Shown here: one piece after another, positions 40,657-50,677 of the stretch
Numbering within the stretch: position 1 is the stretch's first letter
Layout: every line of letters begins with the position of its first letter
Assembly (NCBI GenBank): GCA_022486625.1
Contig: JAKVKH010000021.1
Coordinates: 1,008 to 65,007, forward strand
Direction: 5' to 3'
From: Butyrivibrio sp.
GTDB lineage: Bacteria; Bacillota; Clostridia; Lachnospirales; Lachnospiraceae
Length of the DNA: 64,000 bases
Translations under genes and position numbers: made by a program
The notes under the pieces: model-generated
The model's input: only the letters and a program-made list of their open reading frames with translations
The model's database searches: none
What the model was told of the DNA's origin: nothing

Positions 40657-41244
40657 TTATAAATTTCTGTAAACATGATCTTCTGTCACAATCATCTCTG
40701 CCCGGACATCATGCGGATCAGTCGGAAGCGTCTCCGCAAACAGCTGACAGGAAAAGCAGATTGCCACCTTTGCCGCATAGGGAATACGAACCAGATACCT
40801 GTCATAATAACCGCCGTTATATCCGATCCGGTTACATTCTTTATCAAAAGCAACCCCCGGCAGAACTACAAGAGTCGTTCCCTTTTCAGAATCTGAATAA
40901 TCCTGCGTCATATAAACTTCCTGTGTAACCGGTTCCGGAATTTCCTTAAAACCTGCTCTCAGATCAGAAATGTCATGAATTCTGTAAAATTCCATCTGCT
41001 TCTGTCCGGCATCCGTGATTCTGGGACAATACACCTTCTTATGTGCCCGGATTGCCTGTGAAATCAGCCCCCTTGTTGATACCTCTGACAGATAAGAACA
41101 ATAGATCAGGAGTCTTTCCGCCTGCTTCCAGTTCTCCGATGCCATCAGACTGATGGCTATTTTGCTGCTTCTGTTCTCGCGCTCTTCCGGTGTCAGCCGG
41201 TTTCTTCTCTCAATTGCAAGTTTCCTGTAATCTTCCTTTTTCAT
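40657..41244 (-). CDS. 5-formyltetrahydrofolate cyclo-ligase
   Basis: VLPGVAFD, RIGYNGGYYDRYL, DPHD. Confidence 0.9.
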   Translation of the reverse strand: MKKEDYRKLAIERRNRLTPEERENRSSKIAISLMASENWKQAERLLIYCSYLSEVSTRGLISQAIRAHKKVYCPRITDAGQKQMEFYRIHDISDLRAGFKEIPEPVTQEVYMTQDYSDSEKGTTLVVLPGVAFDKECNRIGYNGGYYDRYLVRIPYAAKVAICFSCQLFAETLPTDPHDVRAEMIVTEDHVYRNL

Positions 41245-42914
41245 TCCCTGCCTCCCGGCATTCCTGTCCCCGGCCGATACTTCTCTGCAATTATTTCTGC
41301 CACACGTATGCCATCCATTGCTGCAGACATGATTCCGCCCGCATAGCCTGCACCCTCTCCGCACGGATAAAGTCCCGATGTATTTACAGATTCAAAATCA
41401 TCGCCTCTCGTTATTCTCACCGGCGATGAAGTCCTGCTTTCAATCCCATCCATCAGTGTATCCGGAGCATCAAACCCATGTATCATATGTCCGAAATGTG
41501 CCATTCCCTCAATCAGCGCACTTTTCAGAAAATCCGGCAATAATTCATGCACATCTGCAAATACATATCTGCCCTTAATGCACGGCGTGTTCCAACCATC
41601 TCTTTTTCCTTCATTATGACCTTTTCTGAAGTCTTCATAATATTCCACCGGTACGTTTCCCTGTCCGATCTGATATGCCTTTTCTTCCAGCTTCCTCTGA
41701 AATTCAACGCCGGCAAGCGGTTCATCACTGCCAAAATCCTGCGGTGTCACCGAAACAATGATTGCACTGTTCGCATTATGACTGTTTCTTGCATGATAAC
41801 TCATTCCGTTCACGGCAAGTCGTCCGTTTTCGGATGACGCATTCACAACATACCCGCCGGGACACATGCAGAAAGAGTACACACCTCTTCCGGAAGAAGT
41901 TGTAACCGCTACCTTATACGGCGATGGCGGAAGGCTCTCCGGATCTTCCATTCCATATTGTGACAGATTAATGGTTTTCTGCGGATGTTCCACACGAAGC
42001 CCTACTGCAAATGCCTTGGGTTCCATATGAACCTGCTGCTTCAAAAGCTGCTCAAAGGTATCTCTGGCACTATGCCCGATTGCCAGTACAACCGTATCTG
42101 ACAGAAAATCTCCTTTTGAAGTGTGTACCCCACAGATTCTGCGCTCTTCATTCTCTGCCAGAAGTAACCCTGTTACCTGTGTTTCAAAATGAACTTCGCC
42201 GCCATGTGAAATAATATCCTGTCTGATCTGTTTCACCACTCCGGTCAGGATATCCGTTCCGATATGAGGTTTGCTCTCATACTGAATATCTTCCGGTGCA
42301 CCTGCTTCCACAAAAATCCGCAGTGCTTCCTTTCCTCTTCCATCCTTATCCTTAACCAGCGTATTGAGCTTTCCATCCGAAAAAGTTCCGGCACCGCCTT
42401 CTCCGAACTGCACATTCGACGTCGTATCAAGCACTCCGGTTTCCCAGAATTTCGCAACATCCGCCTGACGCTGCTCCACATCTCTGCCGCGTTCAAGAAG
42501 TACGGGTCGGTATCCGTGCATGGCCAGCTGATAAGCGCAGAACAGTCCTGCCGGTCCTGCACCTATGACCACCGGTCTATGCTTCATTTCAAGTATGCCA
42601 CTCTGCGGAAAATGATAAACTGCCGGCCTGACCACCACTGCCTGGTGATTGTGAGACCGGCGGATCACCTCTTCTTCATTCCCGTTTTTCAGTTCTATGT
42701 CCGCCACATAAATATCGTATATCTCCGGCTTTTTACGCGCATCAATGGAATGTCTTACAACATGAAGTGACCGGATCTGTGAAGGATCTGTTTTCAGAAG
42801 CCTTGCCGAAACTCCCGTCAGCTGTTTTTCCAGTTCCTTCGTCTCGATACTTCCATTGTGATAGTCCTTCTGTTTTCCCTGATTCTTTATTTTTATCTGA
42901 TTAATTCTGATCAT
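41241..42914 (-). CDS. Uncharacterised FAD-dependent oxidoreductase
   Basis: IGAGPAG, QFGEGGAGTFSDGKL, FCMCPGG, GEGAGYAGGIMSAA. Confidence 0.88.
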   Translation of the reverse strand: MIRINQIKIKNQGKQKDYHNGSIETKELEKQLTGVSARLLKTDPSQIRSLHVVRHSIDARKKPEIYDIYVADIELKNGNEEEVIRRSHNHQAVVVRPAVYHFPQSGILEMKHRPVVIGAGPAGLFCAYQLAMHGYRPVLLERGRDVEQRQADVAKFWETGVLDTTSNVQFGEGGAGTFSDGKLNTLVKDKDGRGKEALRIFVEAGAPEDIQYESKPHIGTDILTGVVKQIRQDIISHGGEVHFETQVTGLLLAENEERRICGVHTSKGDFLSDTVVLAIGHSARDTFEQLLKQQVHMEPKAFAVGLRVEHPQKTINLSQYGMEDPESLPPSPYKVAVTTSSGRGVYSFCMCPGGYVVNASSENGRLAVNGMSYHARNSHNANSAIIVSVTPQDFGSDEPLAGVEFQRKLEEKAYQIGQGNVPVEYYEDFRKGHNEGKRDGWNTPCIKGRYVFADVHELLPDFLKSALIEGMAHFGHMIHGFDAPDTLMDGIESRTSSPVRITRGDDFESVNTSGLYPCGEGAGYAGGIMSAAMDGIRVAEIIAEKYRPGTGMPGGRE

Positions 42915-42923
42915 GATTTTCCT

Positions 42924-44153
42924 TTACCATTCTGCCGCAGCTCTTCCTGCAATTGTCCCGCTCATCCATGCCCATTGCAGATTGTAGCCACCGCATCTGC
43001 CGTCCACATCAGTAATTTCTCCCGTAAAATAAACACCGGGAGCTTTCACTGCCTCCAGTTCATCTGTCAGCTCATCAAGACAGATTCCTCCGGAAGTCAC
43101 CTGTGACTGCTGATACGTTCCCGTTCCGCTGATTTCGACGCAAATGCAGCGGTAACTTCGCAAGATTTCTTTCAGTTTCTGCTCCGGAATGTCCTGCAGC
43201 GGCGTTGTTCCACTGACTTTCTGCCGTTTCAGAATCATCTGATTCACATGAATATTACACAGGCCTTCCAGAAATTCCTCAATGGAACCTCTTTTACGAA
43301 GTAACAGGAGATCCTGTATCATCTCTTCAAATTTTTTCGCATCATATCCCGGAAAAAAATCAATTTCCGCCGTTACTGCCTTTCCCTGCGCAAGACACTG
43401 TGCAACTTTCCCGCTTGCCTGCATAATCGGAATGCCGGAAATTCCATGTGCGGTAATCTGCAGCTCGCCTTCTTCCGCTGTAAGAATCTGCTGCTCTGAC
43501 CTGAACGTAATCTCTGCTTCCATCCGCACTCCGGCTTCCTGAGGCAGTGTATCATCTCTGCTTAGAAGCTGCACAAGTGCCGGATAGCATTTCTCAGAGG
43601 TAATGCCAAGCTTTCCTGCAATATAATATCCATCTCCGGTAGATGCCGTTACCTTCGGTCCGGCCAGGCCTCCTGTGGCAAGAATCACCGCATCCGCCTG
43701 ATAACTTATTCCTGAAGTTCTGACTGTATATGCTTTTCCTTCCGGATTTTTTATAATTTCCTTTATCTGTGTGTGAAAGATCAGCTCCACGCCCAGACGT
43801 TCCATCTCCTTCTGCATGACATCCACTACACTGGATGCCTGACCGGAATATGGGTAAAGGTATCCCGCTTCGCTGCGGACCACAATGCCGAGGGATCTGA
43901 AAAATGCAATCGTATCTGCCGTTCCGAACTGTCCCAACCATTTTTGCATTCTGTCTGCAGCACGTACATTATAATCCTCCGCCTGCATCTCTTCATTCGA
44001 CAGATTGCACCTGCCGTTTCCCGTCATTGACAGCTTTTTCCCTGCATGATCCTCTTTTTCTATTACCGTGACCATTGCTCCTGCCCTTGCACAGCAAATC
44101 GCCGCACACATTCCCGAAGCACCAGCCCCCGCGATCAGAACCCTTTTCTGCAT
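42924..44153 (-). CDS. HI0933/YhiN-family flavoprotein
   Basis: GAGASG, TGNGRCNLSN, ATGG, GGYNLQWAWMSG. Confidence 0.9.
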   Translation of the reverse strand: MQKRVLIAGAGASGMCAAICCARAGAMVTVIEKEDHAGKKLSMTGNGRCNLSNEEMQAEDYNVRAADRMQKWLGQFGTADTIAFFRSLGIVVRSEAGYLYPYSGQASSVVDVMQKEMERLGVELIFHTQIKEIIKNPEGKAYTVRTSGISYQADAVILATGGLAGPKVTASTGDGYYIAGKLGITSEKCYPALVQLLSRDDTLPQEAGVRMEAEITFRSEQQILTAEEGELQITAHGISGIPIMQASGKVAQCLAQGKAVTAEIDFFPGYDAKKFEEMIQDLLLLRKRGSIEEFLEGLCNIHVNQMILKRQKVSGTTPLQDIPEQKLKEILRSYRCICVEISGTGTYQQSQVTSGGICLDELTDELEAVKAPGVYFTGEITDVDGRCGGYNLQWAWMSGTIAGRAAAEW

Positions 44154-44165
44154 GCTCTTCCTCCG

Positions 44166-45791
44166 TCACATCAGATGAAGTTTTCTGGCAAATCTGACCA
44201 GTAATGTACCACCGGGGATTTCATAGCATTCATACTCATTAATTCCCTTAAGTACTGTCAGCAGCACCAGATAAATCGGGGTTCCGATGACAATACATGT
44301 AACAATGGACAGGATCTCGCCAATTACTCCAACCAGCAGTCTGCTTAAAAAATACACGACAAGTGCAGCAACACCGGCACTGATCAGAGGAATGGCAAAG
44401 CTTCTGAGCCATTCCTGATGATAATGAATCATTCTGGATATCTCCATCAGTGTAACTGCATCATATACTGCCAGCATCAACATCATTGCCAGAATATCCG
44501 CATGAAGTCCCATTCCGCCTGCAATTGTCATAATCAGTACCATGACTACATGCACTGCAAATGCCAGAACAGAATTTACAATCAGTATTTCTACCCTGTG
44601 AAGCCGCAACATGATGCAGGATGCAATCAGTGCAAATGACGCAAGCAGCACGGTAATACTGCCAAAAGAAGTCATTGCTACAGCACTGTCATTGGGTATG
44701 CCAAAGAAAGCGGTCTGAATCGGTTCCGCCAGAATCGCCACAAATGCAGTAACCGGAATCAGCAAAATCGCCTGCGCATGAATCATCATCGACAGTTTTT
44801 CTCCTGCCTGTACCAGATCTGCATGTGAAATTCGTGCACAGAACTGATAACATCCCCTGATAAACGGAACTGCACAGATCAATGCGATCAGATAAATGAC
44901 AGACATGAAACTGCCATAATAAATTCCCCAGTTGCCGATCATGGCATCCCGGTCTCCTCTAAGCGCAGCAAAAATAAAATAAATCTTTTCATCTGCAATT
45001 GTCAGAAGTGCAAATCCTGTCGTAATTGCGATCATTGATTTCAGATTTTTACCAATTCCGATATGCGCATCAAGATATCTCGGTGCTCCATGATCAATTT
45101 TTTCCCGAATCTGACCTCTGCGAATTCTATATACAATCGTGATATGAATCAGCGAAAACAGCAGTGACAACGCAATTCCGGTCATTGCGCCAAGTGCTCC
45201 ATAAGCCGGAGCACAGTCCTCCACACGCAGAAGTGCGTTCATCCGGAGACCATACCGATAAAAAATCTGTGCCAGAATCCAGGACAGTACAAATGATAAC
45301 ACCGCTTGAACTATCATCGAATAAAGAACAGGAACTGCTGCTCCAAAGCCATGCAGATATCCCCTCATTGTTCCCTGCATTCCCATCAGAATCAGACAGA
45401 CTCCGGCTGCTGCGAATGCCATAAAGGCTTTTTGCATTCCCAAAACAGTTCCCGCAAGTACCTCTGAAAGCAAAATTATCATCACTCCGATGATCAACGC
45501 TGAAAGGCCCGCCATGCGAAGCGCAATCTTCATTCCATAATCTGCATTCTGATACTGCTCTCTTCGTGAACGAAGTCTGATCATGCTATCCACCGCACGC
45601 TCATATGAATACAGAAAAACCGCACATCCCAGTACATATATTTCCAGCGGAGCACTCAGCATTCCAATACCTTCTTCTCCGATGACATATACCATACTGA
45701 TTCTGATCATCATAAAGACTGCAAGGGAAAGGATGACCGCTCTGGAGAGCATATCCGGCCTTACTTTATGTAAATCAGCCCGTAGCTTCAT
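44166..45791 (-). CDS. MOP-superfamily flippase (SpoVB/MurJ-like)
   Basis: About 14 TM segments, RGYLHG, AYGALGA motif. Confidence 0.7.
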   Translation of the reverse strand: MKLRADLHKVRPDMLSRAVILSLAVFMMIRISMVYVIGEEGIGMLSAPLEIYVLGCAVFLYSYERAVDSMIRLRSRREQYQNADYGMKIALRMAGLSALIIGVMIILLSEVLAGTVLGMQKAFMAFAAAGVCLILMGMQGTMRGYLHGFGAAVPVLYSMIVQAVLSFVLSWILAQIFYRYGLRMNALLRVEDCAPAYGALGAMTGIALSLLFSLIHITIVYRIRRGQIREKIDHGAPRYLDAHIGIGKNLKSMIAITTGFALLTIADEKIYFIFAALRGDRDAMIGNWGIYYGSFMSVIYLIALICAVPFIRGCYQFCARISHADLVQAGEKLSMMIHAQAILLIPVTAFVAILAEPIQTAFFGIPNDSAVAMTSFGSITVLLASFALIASCIMLRLHRVEILIVNSVLAFAVHVVMVLIMTIAGGMGLHADILAMMLMLAVYDAVTLMEISRMIHYHQEWLRSFAIPLISAGVAALVVYFLSRLLVGVIGEILSIVTCIVIGTPIYLVLLTVLKGINEYECYEIPGGTLLVRFARKLHLM

Positions 45792-45814
45792 ATCTATTCC
45801 ACATCCTTCCGATG

Positions 45815-46324
45815 TTAATCCTGATCCCTTGTAATTCCAAGGCTGTCAAGGATCAGCGTCTGCTTATCTTCCATTACCTTTGCTTCATCCGGTTCCATAT
45901 GATCATAGCCACACAGATGCAACATGCTATGCGCTGTCAGAAATGCAAATTCTCTCTTCTGACTATGTCCATAACTCAGCGCCTGCTCCCGCACACGTTT
46001 TTCATTAATGACAATGTCTCCCAACATGATTTTCCCGGTATCAGGATCAAGACAGTCATTCTTCTGTACTCCATCCAGTGCGGAGAAATCTGCCGGTTCC
46101 GGATACTCTACATTTGGAAATGACAATACATCTGTCGGCCGATCAATCTCTCTGAACTGCCGGTTCATTTCCTGAATTCCGTTATCATCGGTAATAATCA
46201 TATTCACTTCTACATCCCACGGACAGGACTCTTCCTGCAAAACTGCCTCACAGACTGATCTGGCAATTTCTTCCGGGTCAAAATCAAATTCTGCATCTAC
46301 TTCATTCTCAATGAAGAAAATCAT
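45815..46324 (-). CDS. ybeY: rRNA maturation endoribonuclease YbeY
   Basis: TDVLSFP, HSMLHLCGYDH. Confidence 0.95.
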   Translation of the reverse strand: MIFFIENEVDAEFDFDPEEIARSVCEAVLQEESCPWDVEVNMIITDDNGIQEMNRQFREIDRPTDVLSFPNVEYPEPADFSALDGVQKNDCLDPDTGKIMLGDIVINEKRVREQALSYGHSQKREFAFLTAHSMLHLCGYDHMEPDEAKVMEDKQTLILDSLGITRDQD

Positions 46325-47513
46325 AATAAAGTTTCTCCTTCTTCAACAGTGCTCTGATCTGGTTCAACTGCGCAATAGTCATTGAACTGTCCCTAAATTC
46401 ACCTGCATCTGTTTTTCTCTGAAAAATCTTGTCTATCAGTTCATCGTAGTTCAGCTTTGTCCCGGGTTCTTTCTGATAAATATACATAATTGAAGCCACA
46501 ATAGTTTCGCAGATCATGACAATTGCCGTCTGAACAGATACCTCGCCGCTTTTATGGTTAAAATATTCTCTCAGAAGCTCCTGCGCATCATCCGGAAAAT
46601 GATATTCCCTGCAATATTTCTCCACCATATTCCAGGAATGATCTCCTGTAATATGCCCGATCCGATGATAATAAGCGCAGGTCTTCACTGCACGATGATC
46701 CACTCCCAGCGCCATGGCAATCCGCTCCGCCAGATATGCGGTATGAATTGCCCGATAATACTCTTCCTTATCTTTCTCTTTCAGCTGAACCAGCAGTACA
46801 AATTCCGGATCATTAACTTCCATATACATATCCGTACCGTGCCGGATCACACTTCTGCTGAATACATTAATCAGAATCAGAAGCAGAATCATGCTGATCA
46901 GCATATTCAGTGCCGGTACTGCAAACATTGCCACAGAGAATGTAACATTTTCAAACAGAACATAGTATGCCATCAGGAGCACGCCCTGCATCAGCAGTGA
47001 AATCAGAAGCGGAAGCCCCACTTTCATATCTTCGTCCAGATTTCGGAACAGAATCAGTGCAATGGAACCTGCCATAAAATACATGAAAAACTCACCATAT
47101 TCTCCGTTTTTTTCCAACATGACTGAAATCATCAGCAGCACCGTACCGGTAAAAAAACCAATCTGAAGATTCGAAAAAAGTCCCAGAATAACAAATATAA
47201 CCAGGTAAGGCCATGCTGCATAACTAATCAGTGGCAACACTGATGCAACCACTAGACAGACAATACAAATAAAAACAAATCTTGGTATGTGTTTTCCGTT
47301 ATCATACGAAAACGTCTGATTCCGGCTGCCATCCTGAATCATATAAATCAGGATTCCGGCACCCATCAGCGCTACAATCGTATTACGCTGTATTTCTTCA
47401 ATGCTCTTTTCATAAAGCAGTGAAAAGCCAAACACAACTGCTCCTGTTACTGCAAACAGAAGAATCATCAGCAGTCTGCTTTTTTCGCTTTGCTTATTTA
47501 TATCAGTTGCCAT
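46308..47513 (-). CDS. 7TM-HD (PgpH-like) membrane protein with a degenerate HD motif
   Basis: Multi-TM N-terminus; LAERIAMALG...YYHRIG; lies between phoH and ybeY. Confidence 0.75.
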   Translation of the reverse strand: MATDINKQSEKSRLLMILLFAVTGAVVFGFSLLYEKSIEEIQRNTIVALMGAGILIYMIQDGSRNQTFSYDNGKHIPRFVFICIVCLVVASVLPLISYAAWPYLVIFVILGLFSNLQIGFFTGTVLLMISVMLEKNGEYGEFFMYFMAGSIALILFRNLDEDMKVGLPLLISLLMQGVLLMAYYVLFENVTFSVAMFAVPALNMLISMILLLILINVFSRSVIRHGTDMYMEVNDPEFVLLVQLKEKDKEEYYRAIHTAYLAERIAMALGVDHRAVKTCAYYHRIGHITGDHSWNMVEKYCREYHFPDDAQELLREYFNHKSGEVSVQTAIVMICETIVASIMYIYQKEPGTKLNYDELIDKIFQRKTDAGEFRDSSMTIAQLNQIRALLKKEKLYYDFLH

Positions 47514-48558
47514 GTCTGGTCCGGCGCTCCGTATTCTTTACTGAATTTTTTGATGTACTGCGTTTTTTCCTGTTCGCCGCAGTCGTTTCATAGTCTTCAT
47601 AGGCTTTGACAATTTTCTGGACAAGCGGATGTCTGACCACATCCTTACTTGTAAGTGTACAGAATGCGATATCATCAATCCCATGCAGAACAGACTGCGC
47701 TACATCAAGTCCAGATCTGGCATCCGGTGCCAGGTCCTTCTGTGTAGCATCTCCTGTCACAATCACCTTGGAACCAAAACCGATTCTGGTCAGAAACATC
47801 TTCATCTGCGCCGGCGTCGTATTCTGTGCTTCATCCAGAATAATGAATGCATTGTCCAGCGTACGACCTCTCATATAAGCAAGCGGAGCAACTTCTATCA
47901 GACCCTTTTCCATGTTCTTCAGAAAATTCTCCGTTCCCATGATCTGATAAAGCGCATCATAAAGCGGTCGAAGATATGGGTCTACCTTGCTTTGAAGATC
48001 TCCCGGCAGGAATCCCAGTTTTTCACCTGCTTCAATTGCCGGCCTCGTCAGAATGATCCTGCCAACTTCCTCTCTCTGAAATGCAGTAATTGCCATCGCC
48101 ATACCAAGATATGTCTTTCCCGTCCCAGCCGGCCCAAGTCCGAAAGTTATCATGTGATTTCGGATATCATCCACATATTTTTTCTGCCCGAGTGTTTTTG
48201 GTTTTACCGGCTTACCGTTTATCGTATGGCAGATACAGTCCTTATCAATATCCAGCAGGACGGAGTCACTGCGACCTTCCTGCATATGCGGTTCTTCTTT
48301 TTTCAGTGAAATAGCATAGTCCACGCTTTGTTCTTCAATCACCGAACCGCTTCCGCTGAGTTTTGACAGCTGATGAATAATCCCGGAAGCCTTTGTAACT
48401 TCTTCACGTCCTCCGATAATATGAAGTTCCCCGTTCCTGTCAATAATTTCCACATGAAGATTTTCTTCAATCTTCCTGACATAATTGTCATTACCTCCGA
48501 AAACATTCTGCAGATCCTGCAATGGCATTGTCAGCTTCAGTTCCGTAACATCATTCAT
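47503..48558 (-). CDS. phoH: PhoH-family ATPase
   Basis: GPAGTGKT, LTRPAIEAGEKLGFLPGD, LDEAQNTT. Confidence 0.95.
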   Translation of the reverse strand: MNDVTELKLTMPLQDLQNVFGGNDNYVRKIEENLHVEIIDRNGELHIIGGREEVTKASGIIHQLSKLSGSGSVIEEQSVDYAISLKKEEPHMQEGRSDSVLLDIDKDCICHTINGKPVKPKTLGQKKYVDDIRNHMITFGLGPAGTGKTYLGMAMAITAFQREEVGRIILTRPAIEAGEKLGFLPGDLQSKVDPYLRPLYDALYQIMGTENFLKNMEKGLIEVAPLAYMRGRTLDNAFIILDEAQNTTPAQMKMFLTRIGFGSKVIVTGDATQKDLAPDARSGLDVAQSVLHGIDDIAFCTLTSKDVVRHPLVQKIVKAYEDYETTAANRKKRSTSKNSVKNTERRTRHGN

Positions 48559-49037
48559 TTGTGATATGGCTCTCCATTTATTATTTTATAACCGCGATAA
48601 ATCTGTTCCAGCAATATGACCCGCATCATCTGATGAGGAAACGTCATATCAGAAAAGCTGATGAGACTGTCTGCTGCTTTTAGCACGGATGAATGCAGGC
48701 CGAGGGATCCTCCAATAATAAACTGAATATGATTTTTTCCCTGAAGACCGATCTGGCTGATCTGCTGTGCAAATCCGGGAGAATCAAATTTCTTCCCTTC
48801 TATTGCAAGTGCGCACACCTGCGCACGCGGGTCAACATACTTCAGAATCCGCTCCGCTTCCTTTTCCTTAATCTGCTCTTCTATTGCTGCCGGAGCATTT
48901 TCAGGTGTTTTTTCATCCTGTACTTCAATGATCTCAAAACGGCAGTATCTCCCAAGCCGTTTCGTATACTCATCAATTGCTTCTTTCCAGTATTTTTCCT
49001 TGATTCTGCCTACACAGATCACCGTAATTGTACTCAA
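48555..49037 (-). CDS. rlmH: 23S rRNA m3Psi1915 methyltransferase
   Basis: IIGGSLG, TFPHQMMRVILLEQIYR, GEPYHK. Confidence 0.96.
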   Translation of the reverse strand: MSTITVICVGRIKEKYWKEAIDEYTKRLGRYCRFEIIEVQDEKTPENAPAAIEEQIKEKEAERILKYVDPRAQVCALAIEGKKFDSPGFAQQISQIGLQGKNHIQFIIGGSLGLHSSVLKAADSLISFSDMTFPHQMMRVILLEQIYRGYKIINGEPYHK

Positions 49038-49519
49038 TCAGACTGTTCTCCATATAACTCTGTATAAAATGTATCGATAAAATGATCCAGAAGATCTTCA
49101 TCCAGGTTCAGAAATTTCTCCTGTATCTTTTCCTTCATATAACCGGTTCTGGAAAAATAAGCTCCCTGCCCGTCACTGTCCGCATTCAACTCTTCCGTCA
49201 TGCACTGCTCATCAATCAGTTCTGCAGTCAGGTTTTCACGGCACCATTTTTCTAGTGTTTCCTTCAGCGTATTTTCTTCTGCAGCCTTGATATGAAGCCG
49301 CTTATAGCTCTTCATTGACAATGCTCCCATGACAATGAAAAGGATGAACAGCGCGCCCATTACGCCAAGTGAAAGATACTGATTAAAAACAGGCATATGA
49401 AACGGATCCATGGCAAAAACAACAATGTCTGCCACAAGTCCTGCGCTTCCGAGAATCAGGAGCATGTATGCCGAAGAATGATTATCCCTTGCCTGCTCCT
49501 CACTGCTTTGATATCCCAT
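49034..49519 (-). CDS. Hypothetical 2-TM membrane protein
   Basis: Two hydrophobic segments; start after AAAGGA; overlaps rlmH by 4 nt. Confidence 0.7.
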   Translation of the reverse strand: MGYQSSEEQARDNHSSAYMLLILGSAGLVADIVVFAMDPFHMPVFNQYLSLGVMGALFILFIVMGALSMKSYKRLHIKAAEENTLKETLEKWCRENLTAELIDEQCMTEELNADSDGQGAYFSRTGYMKEKIQEKFLNLDEDLLDHFIDTFYTELYGEQSD

Positions 49520-49549
49520 GATCTGCCGTCCTTTCACCACGCACATTTC

Positions 49550-50569
49550 CTACTGTGCACTGATCAGATTCTCCACCTTATAATTTCTGTTCGCCGCATC
49601 AGACATCCAGATATAATGATCCTGCTGCTGCGCCTGATACAAAGCCGGTATGTTTTTGCTCTGATCAGGATCTCCCAGTGCCTTCCATATTCCCATATCA
49701 CAGGTACCATACCATTCTGTTGTATTTCCCGACTGATCCTGGGTCATGACATACATTTCTCCGTTATAGAAGCCTCCGGTAAATGTACCGATCACATTCT
49801 GCGGATAAAAAGATACCCCGTCCATTCCGGTCAGGTCATAATCATAATGTTCCTGTCCCTTCCCGTCCGGCAGATCCTGTGCCCAGGCACCTGTGTACAT
49901 ATGCTCCTTTACCACATAGGAACTGTATGACGGATAGAACTGATACCATGAACCCTGTCCGCTTCTTTTGCCCGCAGACCATGTACCGTAATAATACTGA
50001 TCATTTGCATATACTGCAATTCCGGTTCCGTCCGGCATTCCTGATGCATCCCGGTCTCCATAATACTGATAATCCGTTCTGGAAACAGACGCCGACATTG
50101 CCTCGTAACGGTCCAGATGCACCAGTTCCTCCACAGCATCCATACTTCCTGCCGCCCAGTAGGTCATCAGTTCCTTCAGCTGTGTATCCGCATCAAATTT
50201 CACTTCCTGATACTGATTTCTGAACACTGCACCCTTGGTATCATAAAGCGAGTTACCGGAAACATCATTTCTGTCCTTTACCTTCAACTGCTGCTCCGAT
50301 GCCGCAATAAGGGCACTGTCTTCACCTGCGTCCGCTGTCCTTTTTCCGGCACTGCTGTCCGCATATTCTACAATATCACTTTTCAGAAGGTCTGCATCTG
50401 CCGTATGTTCTCTTTTTCCAAATGCAATCAGTGCTGCCAGAATCAGAAATGCTGTGGCAATCACTCCTGCTGTCACCATGACTTTACGTCTGTCGTTATG
50501 ATCCATAAATCCTCCGGGTAAATTATATCCGTATCCGGGCATTCTTCTGCCCCGTTTTTCTGCTGACAC
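49550..50569 (-). CDS. Membrane-anchored protein with MORN-like repeats
   Basis: Single TM, then YYG...PDGTG, YYGTWSAGKRSGQG, YTGAWAQDLPDGKG. Confidence 0.7.
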   Translation of the reverse strand: MSAEKRGRRMPGYGYNLPGGFMDHNDRRKVMVTAGVIATAFLILAALIAFGKREHTADADLLKSDIVEYADSSAGKRTADAGEDSALIAASEQQLKVKDRNDVSGNSLYDTKGAVFRNQYQEVKFDADTQLKELMTYWAAGSMDAVEELVHLDRYEAMSASVSRTDYQYYGDRDASGMPDGTGIAVYANDQYYYGTWSAGKRSGQGSWYQFYPSYSSYVVKEHMYTGAWAQDLPDGKGQEHYDYDLTGMDGVSFYPQNVIGTFTGGFYNGEMYVMTQDQSGNTTEWYGTCDMGIWKALGDPDQSKNIPALYQAQQQDHYIWMSDAANRNYKVENLISAQ

Positions 50570-50612
50570 CAGTCAAAACTGATTATACCATGAAATGACA
50601 ATACAAAAAAGT

Positions 50613-50650
50613 AAAGTGTTACATCCATCTCCCGACAGATATAACACTTT
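50613..50650 (-). terminator. Terminator after nfnB
   Basis: AAAGTGTTA..TAACACTTT plus a T run on the minus strand. Confidence 0.55.
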
Positions 50651-50677
50651 TCTTTTTGAAGCACTCTATACTGTATA

